A DNA stretch of 64,000 nt. Origin: an uncultured Oscillospiraceae bacterium (GTDB lineage: Bacteria; Bacillota; Clostridia; Oscillospirales; Ruminococcaceae). The stretch is taken from positions 3,351 through 67,350 of the forward strand of contig CAKSAY010000004.1 of the NCBI GenBank assembly GCA_934438055.1, given 5' to 3'. Shown here in pieces: positions 9,552-18,897 of this stretch (its first letter is position 1; each line of letters opens with the position of its first letter). Position numbers and translations under genes: made by a program. The notes under the pieces are model-generated. The model was not told where the DNA came from, did no database searches, and was given only the letters and a program-made list of their open reading frames with translations.

Positions 9552-10088
9552 TTATCCTTCCATCATAATCTGATTAAACGCCGATTGATACCTTGCAGCG
9601 TCCTCCGGCAAAACCTGTGAATCAATACGCAACAAAACGTTTCCATTCAAATAAATATACTGTGACAAAGGCATCTGAGAAGTAACATCACACACATAGT
9701 CATATCTAGCCTGCGCATCTTTAGAATTACCAAAAACTTCAATCGAACCGCCAACAGGGTTTTGAGGGTCTGTCTGTTCGACAGTAGAATCAGCAAAATT
9801 TGCTTTGCTGGTATATTCATTAGGGCGACCTAATAAACTATTTGGATCCGTCTTCTCATCATAAACCACAATATTACCTATCGGCATTCCGGCGTCTTTC
9901 AAAGCATTTACAATCTCCTCTGCCGAACAATTGGTTTGAACAGCCGAAACATCGCTCGAATCATCTGAAGTATTTGTCTTAACAGTTGCACTTCCTTGAC
10001 TGTTAGAGCATCCGGACAACAGAACGATCATTAACATGCAAGACAAACAAATCAGTGCAATTCTTTTTACTCTTATTTTCACTCTCAT
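9552..10088 (-). CDS. putative lipoprotein
   Basis: Start taken at internal Met44 (MRVKIRVKRIALICLSCMLMIVLLSGCSNS). The lipobox is LSGC. Confidence 0.7.
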   Translation of the reverse strand: MRVKIRVKRIALICLSCMLMIVLLSGCSNSQGSATVKTNTSDDSSDVSAVQTNCSAEEIVNALKDAGMPIGNIVVYDEKTDPNSLLGRPNEYTSKANFADSTVEQTDPQNPVGGSIEVFGNSKDAQARYDYVCDVTSQMPLSQYIYLNGNVLLRIDSQVLPEDAARYQSAFNQIMMEG

Positions 10089-10314
10089 CTTCCTTTCATA
10101 TATTATTTTTAATATTGTATCATACTGTTCATTGTTGATCAAGGTACAAAGCGCTTTTCTACAATTTTTATCAAATACTCCCTTGCGATTTTTAACAAAA
10201 TATGATAAAATGAACAAAAGAAAACTGCGAATAAAATAAAAGAAAGAGCATAGCAGTAAGACTGAAAGAATCAGAATTTGTTGTGCTCCTTTTTTGTATT
10301 ATTGGAGGAAAGCT

Positions 10315-11760
10315 ATGTTAGACGTTGCAATCATAGGAGGAGGCATCGTTGGCTGTTCCGTTGCTTATGAATTAACAAAATATCAAGTTAAGGTCGCCTT
10401 GTTTGAAAAAGAAAACGACTTGGCAATTGGAACAACCAAGGCCAACAGCGCAATTATTCATGCAGGCTATGATCCCAAACCGGGTTCTCTCCTAGCGAAG
10501 CTCAATGTTCAGGGAACCCAAATGGCAAAAGAACTTGCTAAAAAGCTAGCCATCCCCTTTTGCGAATGCGGCTCGTTGGTTTTGGCTTTTTCAGAAGAAG
10601 ACAAACAAACTATAAAGCACCTCTATCAGCAGGGCATCGCCAACGGGGTTCCACATCTGGAAATCTTAACCGGCGAAGAAACCAAACAGCTTGAACCCAA
10701 TCTGAGCAATCAGGTCATCGGCGCTCTTTACGCCCCCACCGCAGGCATCATCAATCCTTGGGAATATGCGTTGGCATTAGCAGAGGTTGCCGTTTTAAAT
10801 GACCTCTCCCTCCATCTTGACACCGAAATCCAAGATGTATCTAAACAAAGCAACGGATTCGTTCTTAAAACCAATAGAGGCGAATTTAAAACAAACTATG
10901 TGATTAATGCAGCAGGCCTTTATGCGGACAAGCTGCATAATATGGTGGCTAAGCCCTCATTTCGTATTCTTCCCAACAGAGGAGAATATTATCTTTTAGA
11001 CAAAAGCGAGGGTGATGTTGTCTCTCACATCATCTTTCAATGTCCTACCGAAGCCGGCAAGGGAACGCTTGTTGCACCAACTGCGGGTGGAAATCTTATT
11101 GTGGGGCCAAATAACGAGCCTTTAACCAGACGCGACGATTTAGCGACCACGCATGAGGGATTGCGGCAAGTTAAAAAAATGGCGCGCAAGTCTGTTCCAA
11201 AACTCCGTCTTAACGCGTCTATTAGAAACTTTTCCGGAATTCGAGCCGCTTCTGATTTTAATGATTTCATAATCGCACAGGCCGATGACGCACCTGGCTG
11301 GATTGATTTGGCCGGCATCAAGTCACCCGGTCTTTCCGCTGCCCCTGCAATTGCCCTAGATGGAATTGCCCTCTTAGAAAAAATCGGACTAAAGCTCGAG
11401 AAAAAGAAAACCATAGTTGATAGTAGAACCAAAGTGCGTTTTCGCAAACTTACCCCAAAACAACAGGCAGAAAAGATTAAAGAAAATCCGGCATATGGTC
11501 AGATTGTGTGTCGTTGCGAGACAATCACAGAGGGTGAGATCTTAGATGCGTTGCAAGCGCCAATCCCCCCTAAAACATTAGACGGCGTAAAAAGGCGTTG
11601 TAACACAGGCATGGGACGCTGCCAAGGAGGGTTTTGTTCTCCCCGCGTAATGGAAATTCTGTCAAAATCATGGGGCGTTTCGCAAGAAGAAATTCTCATG
11701 GATGCAAACGGAACCTATATTTTGACAGGCGAAACCAAGGGGGAAAAAGAGAATGTATGA
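10315..11760 (+). CDS. FAD-dependent oxidoreductase, glycerol-3-phosphate dehydrogenase-like, with a C-terminal BFD-like [2Fe-2S] domain
   Basis: DVAIIGGGIVGCSVAYEL dinucleotide fold. C-terminal CRCETITEGEI...CNTGMGRCQGGFC. GGAGG RBS before the ATG at 10315. Confidence 0.85.
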   Translation: MLDVAIIGGGIVGCSVAYELTKYQVKVALFEKENDLAIGTTKANSAIIHAGYDPKPGSLLAKLNVQGTQMAKELAKKLAIPFCECGSLVLAFSEEDKQTIKHLYQQGIANGVPHLEILTGEETKQLEPNLSNQVIGALYAPTAGIINPWEYALALAEVAVLNDLSLHLDTEIQDVSKQSNGFVLKTNRGEFKTNYVINAAGLYADKLHNMVAKPSFRILPNRGEYYLLDKSEGDVVSHIIFQCPTEAGKGTLVAPTAGGNLIVGPNNEPLTRRDDLATTHEGLRQVKKMARKSVPKLRLNASIRNFSGIRAASDFNDFIIAQADDAPGWIDLAGIKSPGLSAAPAIALDGIALLEKIGLKLEKKKTIVDSRTKVRFRKLTPKQQAEKIKENPAYGQIVCRCETITEGEILDALQAPIPPKTLDGVKRRCNTGMGRCQGGFCSPRVMEILSKSWGVSQEEILMDANGTYILTGETKGEKENV

Positions 11761-13006
11761 TTTAGTTGTTATAGGAGGAGGACCTGCCGGTTTAGCTGCC
11801 GCCTATGAAGCCTACCAAAATGGGTTGCAAAAAGTTGCTATCATTGAAAGAGACAGAGAATTAGGAGGCATTCTCAATCAATGCATCCACAATGGTTTTG
11901 GCCTGCACTATTTTAAAGAAGAATTAACAGGTCCTGAATATGCCAGTCGATTTATTCAAATGGTGAAGAACACTGAAATTGAAATTCACTGCAACACCAT
12001 GGTGCTTGATATCACAAAAGACAAAGAGGTGCACTGCATTAGCAAAGAACGCGGTTATCAAATTCTCAAAAGCCGTTCTATTGTTCTTTCGATGGGGTGC
12101 CGCGAGCGCACCCGCGGCGCCATTGGCATTCCCGGAACGCGTCCGTCCGGTGTGTTCACAGCCGGAACAGCACAAAGATTTGTCAACATGGAAGGGTATA
12201 TGGTCGGAAAAAAGGTAGTCATATTAGGCTCGGGAGATATTGGTTTAATTATGGCACGCCGAATGACCTTAGAGGGCGCCGAAGTTTTGGCATGTGTTGA
12301 GGTTCTCCCCTATTCAGGAGGGTTAAACCGGAATATCGTTCAATGCCTGGAAGATTATAATATTCCGCTCTACCTATCCCATACCATTGTAGAAATCAAA
12401 GGCGATAAACGAGTTGAGGAAGTGGTGGTTGCAAAGGTAGATGAAAACCGCATTCCCATCAAAGGAACAGAATTCTCACTTTTCTGCGACACGGTCTTGT
12501 TATCGGTCGGATTAATACCTGAAAACGAACTCTCTAAAAAAATGGGTATACAACTCGACAAACGCACCAAAGGCGCTTTTGTGAATGAACAAATGCAAAC
12601 CTCTATTCCCGGTGTTTTTGCTTGCGGCAATGTTGTCCATGTACATGATTTGGTTGATTTTGTGACCGAAGAAGCGCAAAAAGCCGGCAAAGCAGCGGCG
12701 CTGTATGTTTTAAGCAAACACGCGCAGACAGATGAACAAAAGTGCGTCATCGAAAACGGCAACGGCGTTGCCTACACCATCCCTCAAACAATACAAAACA
12801 AATCACAGCCTACAGGAATTTCCATCCTGCTTCGTGTCAATCGCATTTTTGGTCAATCTGTTATCACAGTGCACAGCAGAGATAAAGTGTACGCCCGCTT
12901 TCAAAGAGAGCGTTTAGCGCCCGGTGAAATGGAGAAAATTGTTTTGCCCCCAAAAATTCTACAAAACATCTCGGAAAATACTCTGTCTGTTTCGGTTGAG
13001 GAGTGA
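11753..13006 (+). CDS. FAD/NAD(P)-binding pyridine nucleotide-disulfide family oxidoreductase (second subunit of the trio)
   Basis: DLVVIGGGPAGLAAA and KVVILGSGDIGLIMA dinucleotide motifs. 8-nt overlap with the upstream gene. Confidence 0.85.
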   Translation: MYDLVVIGGGPAGLAAAYEAYQNGLQKVAIIERDRELGGILNQCIHNGFGLHYFKEELTGPEYASRFIQMVKNTEIEIHCNTMVLDITKDKEVHCISKERGYQILKSRSIVLSMGCRERTRGAIGIPGTRPSGVFTAGTAQRFVNMEGYMVGKKVVILGSGDIGLIMARRMTLEGAEVLACVEVLPYSGGLNRNIVQCLEDYNIPLYLSHTIVEIKGDKRVEEVVVAKVDENRIPIKGTEFSLFCDTVLLSVGLIPENELSKKMGIQLDKRTKGAFVNEQMQTSIPGVFACGNVVHVHDLVDFVTEEAQKAGKAAALYVLSKHAQTDEQKCVIENGNGVAYTIPQTIQNKSQPTGISILLRVNRIFGQSVITVHSRDKVYARFQRERLAPGEMEKIVLPPKILQNISENTLSVSVEE

Positions 13007-13010
13007 GTTT

Positions 13011-13361
13011 ATGAAAAATTTTATTTGCGTGATTTGCCCAAAGGGCTGTCGATTATCCGTAGATGAAGATAATGGCTACGCTGTGTCCGGAAACGCCTGT
13101 TCTAGAGGAAAAGACTATGGAATGCAAGAAGCAAAAAGTCCATCTCGAAGCATTTCCTCCACCGTCCGCGTTGAAAGTGCGCAGGAGAAACGCTGCCCGG
13201 TCAAAACTGACAAGCCTATTCCCAAATCATCTGTCATGGAAGCGGTGAAACAGCTTAATAATGTTTGTCTCCGGCCGCCGATTCAAATAGGCGATGTTGT
13301 TCTCAAAAACATTTGCGGCACAAATGCCTCTTTTGTCGCCACCAAAGATATTATGAAATAG
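13011..13361 (+). CDS. DUF1667 domain protein (third subunit of the trio)
   Basis: MKNFICVICPKGCRLSV... Cys motif typical of DUF1667. The ATG at 13011 follows GAGGAG. Confidence 0.8.
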   Translation: MKNFICVICPKGCRLSVDEDNGYAVSGNACSRGKDYGMQEAKSPSRSISSTVRVESAQEKRCPVKTDKPIPKSSVMEAVKQLNNVCLRPPIQIGDVVLKNICGTNASFVATKDIMK

Positions 13362-13365
13362 GTAG

Positions 13366-14081
13366 GTGAAAACTCTTGCCCTATCTAGCAGAATTTTTAG
13401 AAACAGCTATTTGAATCTTATTAGGAAACGGCGTTGTCGCAAACGTGAGCCTGCAAAAATCAGGCATGAAAGGCGGCAGTTCGCTGCAAATCACCATTGC
13501 ATAGGGACTGGCAGTTCTCATTCCCGCAGTGATTTTTGACGGTGTGTCTGGAGTGCACTTCAACCTTGCTCTCACATTGGGGCTTGCCATAACAGGGCAA
13601 TTTGCCTGGAGTATGGTTCCGTGCTATCTTCTCTCTCAAATCGCCGGCGGTTTTTGCGGCGGCTGTTTGGTATATCTGTTCTACAAAGATCAATTTGAGG
13701 CAACAACAGACCCACAAATCATTAAAGGATGTTTTTGCACTGCTCTGTCTGTCAAACATTTCCCAATCAATTTTTCTGCGAATGCATAGGAACCTTTCTT
13801 TTAGTCTTTTCCATTTTAAGCTTTGGCAATCTAAACGGCGCAGTGCAAAGCGGCGTCAATAATCTATATGTGTTTGGGCTCATCACCTCTATTGGCATCT
13901 CTCTTGGCAGAACAACGGGATATGCTATCAACCCCACCCGAGATTTAGGCCCTCGAATTGCACACGCTATTTTGCCGATTTGCGCAAAAGGAGGGCTCTG
14001 ATTGGCGCTATCATGGATTCCAATTCGGCACCCATTTTAGGTGGAATTCTCGGCGCTGTGGTTTATATATGTATTTTTTAA
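13366..14081 (+). pseudogene. glpF: glycerol uptake facilitator (aquaporin family) pseudogene
   Basis: MIP-family sequence is recoverable: LAEFLETAI*ILLGNGVVA, ITIA*GLAV, SGVHFNLALTLGLA, ECIGTFLLVF, GYAINPTRDLGPRIAHAILP. In-frame TGA at 13412 and TAG at 13502. At least three frameshifts. The first NPA box reads NLA and the second NPAR box reads NPTR. Confidence 0.85.
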
Positions 14082-14184
14082 TACAAAGGATATGCGAACA
14101 ATTGTAGTTTTGGCACTGTCTACATAGCAGGCGCATGTTTATAATGGACAGTTAGAATTTTTTTCATCATAGATTCATATCTTT

Positions 14185-14218
14185 TATCGATATAGTGAAC
14201 GTATCGATATAGTGAACG
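14185..14218 (+). repeat. perfect 17-bp tandem direct repeat (2 copies) upstream of the peptidase gene
   Basis: TATCGATATAGTGAACG occurs at 14185-14201 and 14202-14218. Each unit contains the palindromic core ATCGAT. Confidence 0.9.
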
Positions 14219-14320
14219 GTATAAACAAAATCTACTAATCATTTATCCAGTATTTATAGCTTGTTTTCACAGTGAGAATTTGCTATACTAAGATATAATT
14301 TTACAGGTGAGGTGTAAAGT

Positions 14321-16876
14321 ATGCAAAAGCTTGGAAAGTACAAATTGAAACTGTTATCTTTAATCACTGCATTAGCGTTGTTGCTGCCCACTATTCCTAC
14401 CAACGTTTTTGCAAAAGAAGACTTTAGTCAGTGGTATATGCCACATAATCAAGAAAGCTATATAACACAAGAAGGCGTTGTTGTTCCGCCATTAGATATG
14501 TCCTACCTTTCAGCACCAACCTCTTCAAAGGCACAATCCTTGCCTCCAGCCTCTTATGATTTGCGGGATGAAAATGCCGTAATGCCTGTACAAAATCAAA
14601 ATCCACACGGAACCTGCTGGTCATTTAGTTCTCTTGCATCTATGGAATCAGGAATGATTAAAGAGGGAGAAATCACTTATGAAACCGCGCAAAGTCTGTC
14701 CAGAAGAGACATTCCCTATTTTGTTTACAACGGCGATAAGCAAACAGGTCTAACAGCGGGAGACTATTACTATCTCGAAGATGGTATGGACCCTTATAAT
14801 AAAGGTGGAAACGCCTGCATGTCAATCGCTGAGATGACAAGAGGCAATGGCGCCGTCACAGACGAAACCGCGCCTTATAATGAAATCCCCTACTCCATTC
14901 AAAATCAACAAATTGTCGTAGACCAACAAGCAGATAGCGATTTTATGGAGCCCCTACGGCAACAGCATGATGCAGCCACATTAGAAAACGCCTATTTTCT
15001 ACCCAAAGATTTAAACACCATCAAACAGGTTTTAATGAATAACGGAGCTATTTATGCTCTCTATTATCATGACAATCAGTTCTATCAGCCGGATAATAAC
15101 CCTAACGAACAAAAATCAGCCTATAATTGCAATGTGAAAGGAACGGGCACCAACCATGCCATTACAATTGTTGGATGGGATGATTCCTTTAGTAAAACCA
15201 ATTTCCCGGCAGGTCACCAACCCTCTCAAGACGGCGCATGGCTTGTGCAAAACAGTTGGGGAAGTTCATGGGGTGATAACGGATACTTCTGGATATCTTA
15301 TGAAGATGCTTCTTTGACTTCCTTTACTTTCTTAGACGGAACAACCCAAACGAATCAATATCAGTATAACTACAGCTATGATGGTGTGGGAATGGTGACA
15401 CAGGCCTCCTTCAATACAAATGCGCTGTCAGCCGCAAACGTATTCACTGCGCAAAGTGATCAAACGCTCGACGCCGTTGCTTTTTATACAACAGATGCAA
15501 ATATGCAGTATAAGATAGAAGTATATAAAAACCTGACCAATCCAAATAATCCATCCAGCGGAGAATTAGCGGCAACGCAAACAGGTTCTGAAAGCTATGC
15601 AGGTTACTATACTATTCCTCTAACAACGCCTGTTGAACTCGAAGCCAATTCTTCTTTTGCCGTTGTCATAACCTATTCGTCTAAAAACATTGTTACACTC
15701 CCCTTAGAATATCAAACATATACGACCGATTTGTCCGGAAATCCCATCTATTATTCCAAGGTTGCTGTCAATTCCGGTGAAACCTTTCTAAGTTTTGACG
15801 GAAAAACCGGCTGGACAGACAGCACATCTATCTTTAAACCATCAGAATCAAATGGTTTTATATCACAAATAGGAAATGTCTGCATTAAAGCATTTACCAA
15901 TGATGCTGCTCCAGAAGATTTAAATCTCTCTATAGAGGGTGAGCCCATCTATGGAAATACATTAAAAGCCTCTGTCAATGAGGGAATAAGAGGTTCTGTT
16001 ACCTACGCTGTAACACAAGGAGATGAATATGCCCAAATTGACCCCATCACAGGCCAAATCACTACAAAAGGCGTTGGTGAGGTAACCATAGAGGCAACAC
16101 GGGCACAAGAGGGCTCTCGGCCTGAATTAAAATCATCCAAAACCTTTACAATACAACCTAGACCAATTGCAATCTCCTCATTTACGGCAACTCAAGATGG
16201 GAAAAACACGATTTTAACAGCACAGGTAGATTTAAATCAACTTGTGAACGATGACCCTCTCAATGGAACAATACAGTTTAGCAACAACGGTCAATTGATT
16301 GGTTCAAAGAGCATTGATAGTTCAGGCATTGTCTCTTATCTATGGGCAGACGCACAGCCAAATACTCCTTACACACTCACAGCCTCTCTCTTCCCCGCAA
16401 ATGCAAACTATGAGGGTCAGGGTGTCCAAATAGACTACACACCCACTGCACCATTGCTGCTTACCCCTGTTTCTACAAACTGTATTCAAGGCTCTAAACT
16501 CCAATTCCAGGCCTATTTGGCCGGTCATCAAGAACCTGCTGAAAACATCTCCTATCAATTAACCGGTCAAAGCGCACAGGATACGACCATCTCCCCAACC
16601 GGTTTCCTCTCCATTAGTTTAGAGGAAACATCTCCTGTCTTAACAGTCACGGCAGTCTCCACGCAAGATCCCACCCTTTCGGCACAAATAACTGTTGCCA
16701 TTGTTGAAAAAGGCGACTGTAATGATGACGGTGTGATTGATACACTGGATAAAAGGATGATGTATGAAGCTATTGCCAATCCCGACCAAGCCGCTCCCTG
16801 TTGTGATTTAAATCTGGACAGTGCAATCGATCAGAAAGATTTTGAGCTATTTCTGAGTATTCTTTGTCAAAATTAA
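14321..16876 (+). CDS. secreted papain-family (C1) cysteine peptidase with Ig-like domains and a C-terminal dockerin
   Basis: Signal peptide LLSLITALALLLPTIPTNVFA. Catalytic motifs QNQNPHGTCWSFSS, NHAITIVGWDD and NSWGSSWGDNGYFWISY. Big_2-like segments. Dockerin Ca-loops DCNDDGVIDTLD and DLNLDSAIDQKD. Confidence 0.85.
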   Translation: MQKLGKYKLKLLSLITALALLLPTIPTNVFAKEDFSQWYMPHNQESYITQEGVVVPPLDMSYLSAPTSSKAQSLPPASYDLRDENAVMPVQNQNPHGTCWSFSSLASMESGMIKEGEITYETAQSLSRRDIPYFVYNGDKQTGLTAGDYYYLEDGMDPYNKGGNACMSIAEMTRGNGAVTDETAPYNEIPYSIQNQQIVVDQQADSDFMEPLRQQHDAATLENAYFLPKDLNTIKQVLMNNGAIYALYYHDNQFYQPDNNPNEQKSAYNCNVKGTGTNHAITIVGWDDSFSKTNFPAGHQPSQDGAWLVQNSWGSSWGDNGYFWISYEDASLTSFTFLDGTTQTNQYQYNYSYDGVGMVTQASFNTNALSAANVFTAQSDQTLDAVAFYTTDANMQYKIEVYKNLTNPNNPSSGELAATQTGSESYAGYYTIPLTTPVELEANSSFAVVITYSSKNIVTLPLEYQTYTTDLSGNPIYYSKVAVNSGETFLSFDGKTGWTDSTSIFKPSESNGFISQIGNVCIKAFTNDAAPEDLNLSIEGEPIYGNTLKASVNEGIRGSVTYAVTQGDEYAQIDPITGQITTKGVGEVTIEATRAQEGSRPELKSSKTFTIQPRPIAISSFTATQDGKNTILTAQVDLNQLVNDDPLNGTIQFSNNGQLIGSKSIDSSGIVSYLWADAQPNTPYTLTASLFPANANYEGQGVQIDYTPTAPLLLTPVSTNCIQGSKLQFQAYLAGHQEPAENISYQLTGQSAQDTTISPTGFLSISLEETSPVLTVTAVSTQDPTLSAQITVAIVEKGDCNDDGVIDTLDKRMMYEAIANPDQAAPCCDLNLDSAIDQKDFELFLSILCQN

Positions 16877-16984
16877 TATGTTGTTCTCATTATATTATCA
16901 TAAATGATTGGGAAACTATGAACGGTAAGACAAAACATGGGTATGAAGGTTGTTGAATGAGGCTTTCTGTTTTGTGTTTTCTCA

Positions 16985-17026
16985 AAAAATCCCGCAATGC
17001 GTTAGCTTTGCAGTGATAAGGAAGTA
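16985..17026 (+). repeat. left arm of the island-flanking inverted repeat
   Basis: AAAAATCCCGCAATGC (16985-17000), 17-nt spacer, AAGGAAGTA (17018-17026). The reverse complement recurs at 24107-24148 with identical spacing. Confidence 0.7.
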
Positions 17027-17066
17027 GAAAAATAAATTAACTTAACAACTGACAAACAAGGTTGCG

Positions 17067-17106
17067 AAAAGCAAGTGTACTAAACAAAAAGTACACTTGC
17101 TTTTTA
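17067..17106 (+). terminator. strong intrinsic terminator upstream of the AT-rich cassette
   Basis: AAAAGCAAGTGTAC / GTACACTTGCTTTT 14-bp perfect stem followed by a T-run. Confidence 0.8.
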
Positions 17107-17155
17107 GTTATACCATGGAAAGAGCATGAATAATTCGACACAATACCTTTATTTA

Positions 17156-17164
17156 TGTTATAAT
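17156..17164 (+). promoter_or_regulatory. extended -10 promoter element of the two-gene cassette
   Basis: TGtTATAAT (17156-17164), 30 nt upstream of the ATG. GGAGGGG RBS at 17183-17189. Confidence 0.5.
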
Positions 17165-17194
17165 TAAAAAAATAGAAATAAGCGGAGGGGTATC

Positions 17195-18172
17195 ATGTAT
17201 AATTTAAGTTTAACTGCGTGTAGCTTTCATTTGAAAAAAGCAAATTCAAAGGGAAACACCCAAATTTTTAATCTGAATACTCCTTTTGATGTAGAATTAG
17301 AAGATGACAGCAAATACCATTTTGAAGATTTATCAGAACTGTTCATTTCGTTTTTTGAAAATCATAAAACACTAATTAAGGATGATAGTAAGCAGCAGTC
17401 TTTTCGTTGTGAATATGATAAGAAAAATTATCGTGAAACAGACCTGTTTCGCATGTATTGTGTTAAAATTTATTCAGGGATTTATGGTAGTTCTTCAGAC
17501 ATCATCGATGGTAAGACCGAAAAAGTTCGATACAAGAAAAGATCATCAGATATAGATACTCGTCCATTTTACTTAATGATTATTTTTCCAAAAGACAATG
17601 AAAAAGTGACTGTACAAAAAGGAATGTTTATATTCCAAAATGTTGGGCAGTTTGGTGTCAAAACTATTACGACAACTTTAATGCAAAAATTCTTTTCTGA
17701 TATATTTGGCCTTACTTTAAAATGTAACACAATTGCACCGGATTTATTTGTAAGAAAAGTTATTCGTAAAGATAATATCAAAAAACTTTTAATGACAAAA
17801 AATGTTAAATCGAATGATATTGCAGATAATATTAGCGTGGGTTATGGCTCTGAAATTAGAGAAATCAGTAATCTTTGTTTTAACGAAACAATGTGGTCAA
17901 AGATTATGGATAAAATTAGATTTGTAGCTGGAGGAAAATATAACTTATTTGAGTTTGAACAGCAACAATATGATAATTTAAAAGTTATAGTTGATATTGG
18001 AGGTAGAAATCGCACAATTAACCTTCATAACCTTGAGAATTTAAGCATCATTGAAGGTATTCCTGATAATATAAGAATGGCAGATGGGCATCCAAATTTA
18101 CCTATGCTTATTGAATATTTTCAAAAAGTAGCTACCGAATACTTAAAGGAAATGGTATTGCATATATCTTAA
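17195..18172 (+). CDS. hypothetical 325-aa soluble protein (cassette gene A), function unknown
   Basis: Uninterrupted 978-nt ORF at ~28% GC with a good RBS. No TM segment or signal peptide. No nucleotide-binding, nuclease, TIR, SIR2 or protease motif recognisable by eye. Central beta-rich segment PFYLMIIFPKDNEKVTVQKGMFIFQNVGQFGVKT. Confidence 0.8.
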   Translation: MYNLSLTACSFHLKKANSKGNTQIFNLNTPFDVELEDDSKYHFEDLSELFISFFENHKTLIKDDSKQQSFRCEYDKKNYRETDLFRMYCVKIYSGIYGSSSDIIDGKTEKVRYKKRSSDIDTRPFYLMIIFPKDNEKVTVQKGMFIFQNVGQFGVKTITTTLMQKFFSDIFGLTLKCNTIAPDLFVRKVIRKDNIKKLLMTKNVKSNDIADNISVGYGSEIREISNLCFNETMWSKIMDKIRFVAGGKYNLFEFEQQQYDNLKVIVDIGGRNRTINLHNLENLSIIEGIPDNIRMADGHPNLPMLIEYFQKVATEYLKEMVLHIS

Positions 18173-18191
18173 ATTAAGGAGGGAGGAATTT

Positions 18192-18728
18192 TTGAATACA
18201 ATTTCAGCTATTTTATTTATAATTAGTTTTGTTGTCTTATGCTTATGTTTATGTGTGAAACATAGCAATTTTTTGGATATTAGACAAATTTTTATTCAAC
18301 ATTTTTGCGTGTTTAAAGGAAATCCTTTACAGCTAATAGGTATTTTCTTTACACCTATATTGTTAACCGTCGGGCTTGTTGAAATTAAATGTATTGATAA
18401 AGATATTCTTAGTAATCTAAATATAATTCTTTCAATTCTAACTGCTATGTTTTTATCCATTCTAAGTATTTTATGTTCGTTTAGCAAAGGAGAAAAAGAT
18501 GAAAATTATAAGCAATTATTGAAAGAAACTTTTAATACAACTATCTTTGAAATAATACTTTGTTTATTGCTGCTTTTTATATCATTTATTGTATTATTTA
18601 TTGGTGATTTTAAAGAATCTATTGCTTTAAAAATCGCTAGTGGTACAATTTATTATCTGACAATGATAACCATTCTGAATATATTAGTTGTCATTAAAAG
18701 GATTAAAGTGCTTTTTGATAATCAGTAA
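18192..18728 (+). CDS. hypothetical 178-aa integral membrane protein, 4-5 TM (cassette gene B)
   Basis: TTG start 5 nt after GGAGGGAGG, 19 nt downstream of gene A. Hydrophobic segments lie at about aa 5-22, 46-64, 76-96, 116-137 and 147-168. Confidence 0.75.
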   Translation: MNTISAILFIISFVVLCLCLCVKHSNFLDIRQIFIQHFCVFKGNPLQLIGIFFTPILLTVGLVEIKCIDKDILSNLNIILSILTAMFLSILSILCSFSKGEKDENYKQLLKETFNTTIFEIILCLLLLFISFIVLFIGDFKESIALKIASGTIYYLTMITILNILVVIKRIKVLFDNQ

Positions 18729-18860
18729 TATTGTTACACAGTAGAACGCCTTTTTTGAAAGTATAAGTATAAAATATCATATAGGTGATTTTTATGCTCT
18801 GTAATACCACATAAATCAATGTAAAATCAACCTCTATTGCGTAACATCACATAATGGATT

Positions 18861-18897
18861 GAGGGCGTAAGCGGTGTATCCGCTTGCGCCCTCTTTG
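18861..18897 (+). terminator. intrinsic terminator after the cassette
   Basis: GAGGGCGTAAGCGG / CCGCTTGCGCCCTC 14-bp stem (one wobble pair) followed by TTTGTCT. Confidence 0.6.

Noticed and set aside
14185-14218. Tandem 17-bp repeat as a possible CRISPR or minisatellite array
   Set aside because: There are only two copies, no spacers and no cas genes. It is better explained as an operator or duplication. No CRISPR-like array was seen anywhere in the window.
17195-18728. Retron, CBASS, toxin-antitoxin or restriction-modification identity for the AT-rich cassette
   Set aside because: No reverse transcriptase, cyclase, methyltransferase, nuclease or small antitoxin-like ORF is present, and no structured ncRNA repeat was seen next to it. 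It remains unclassified.
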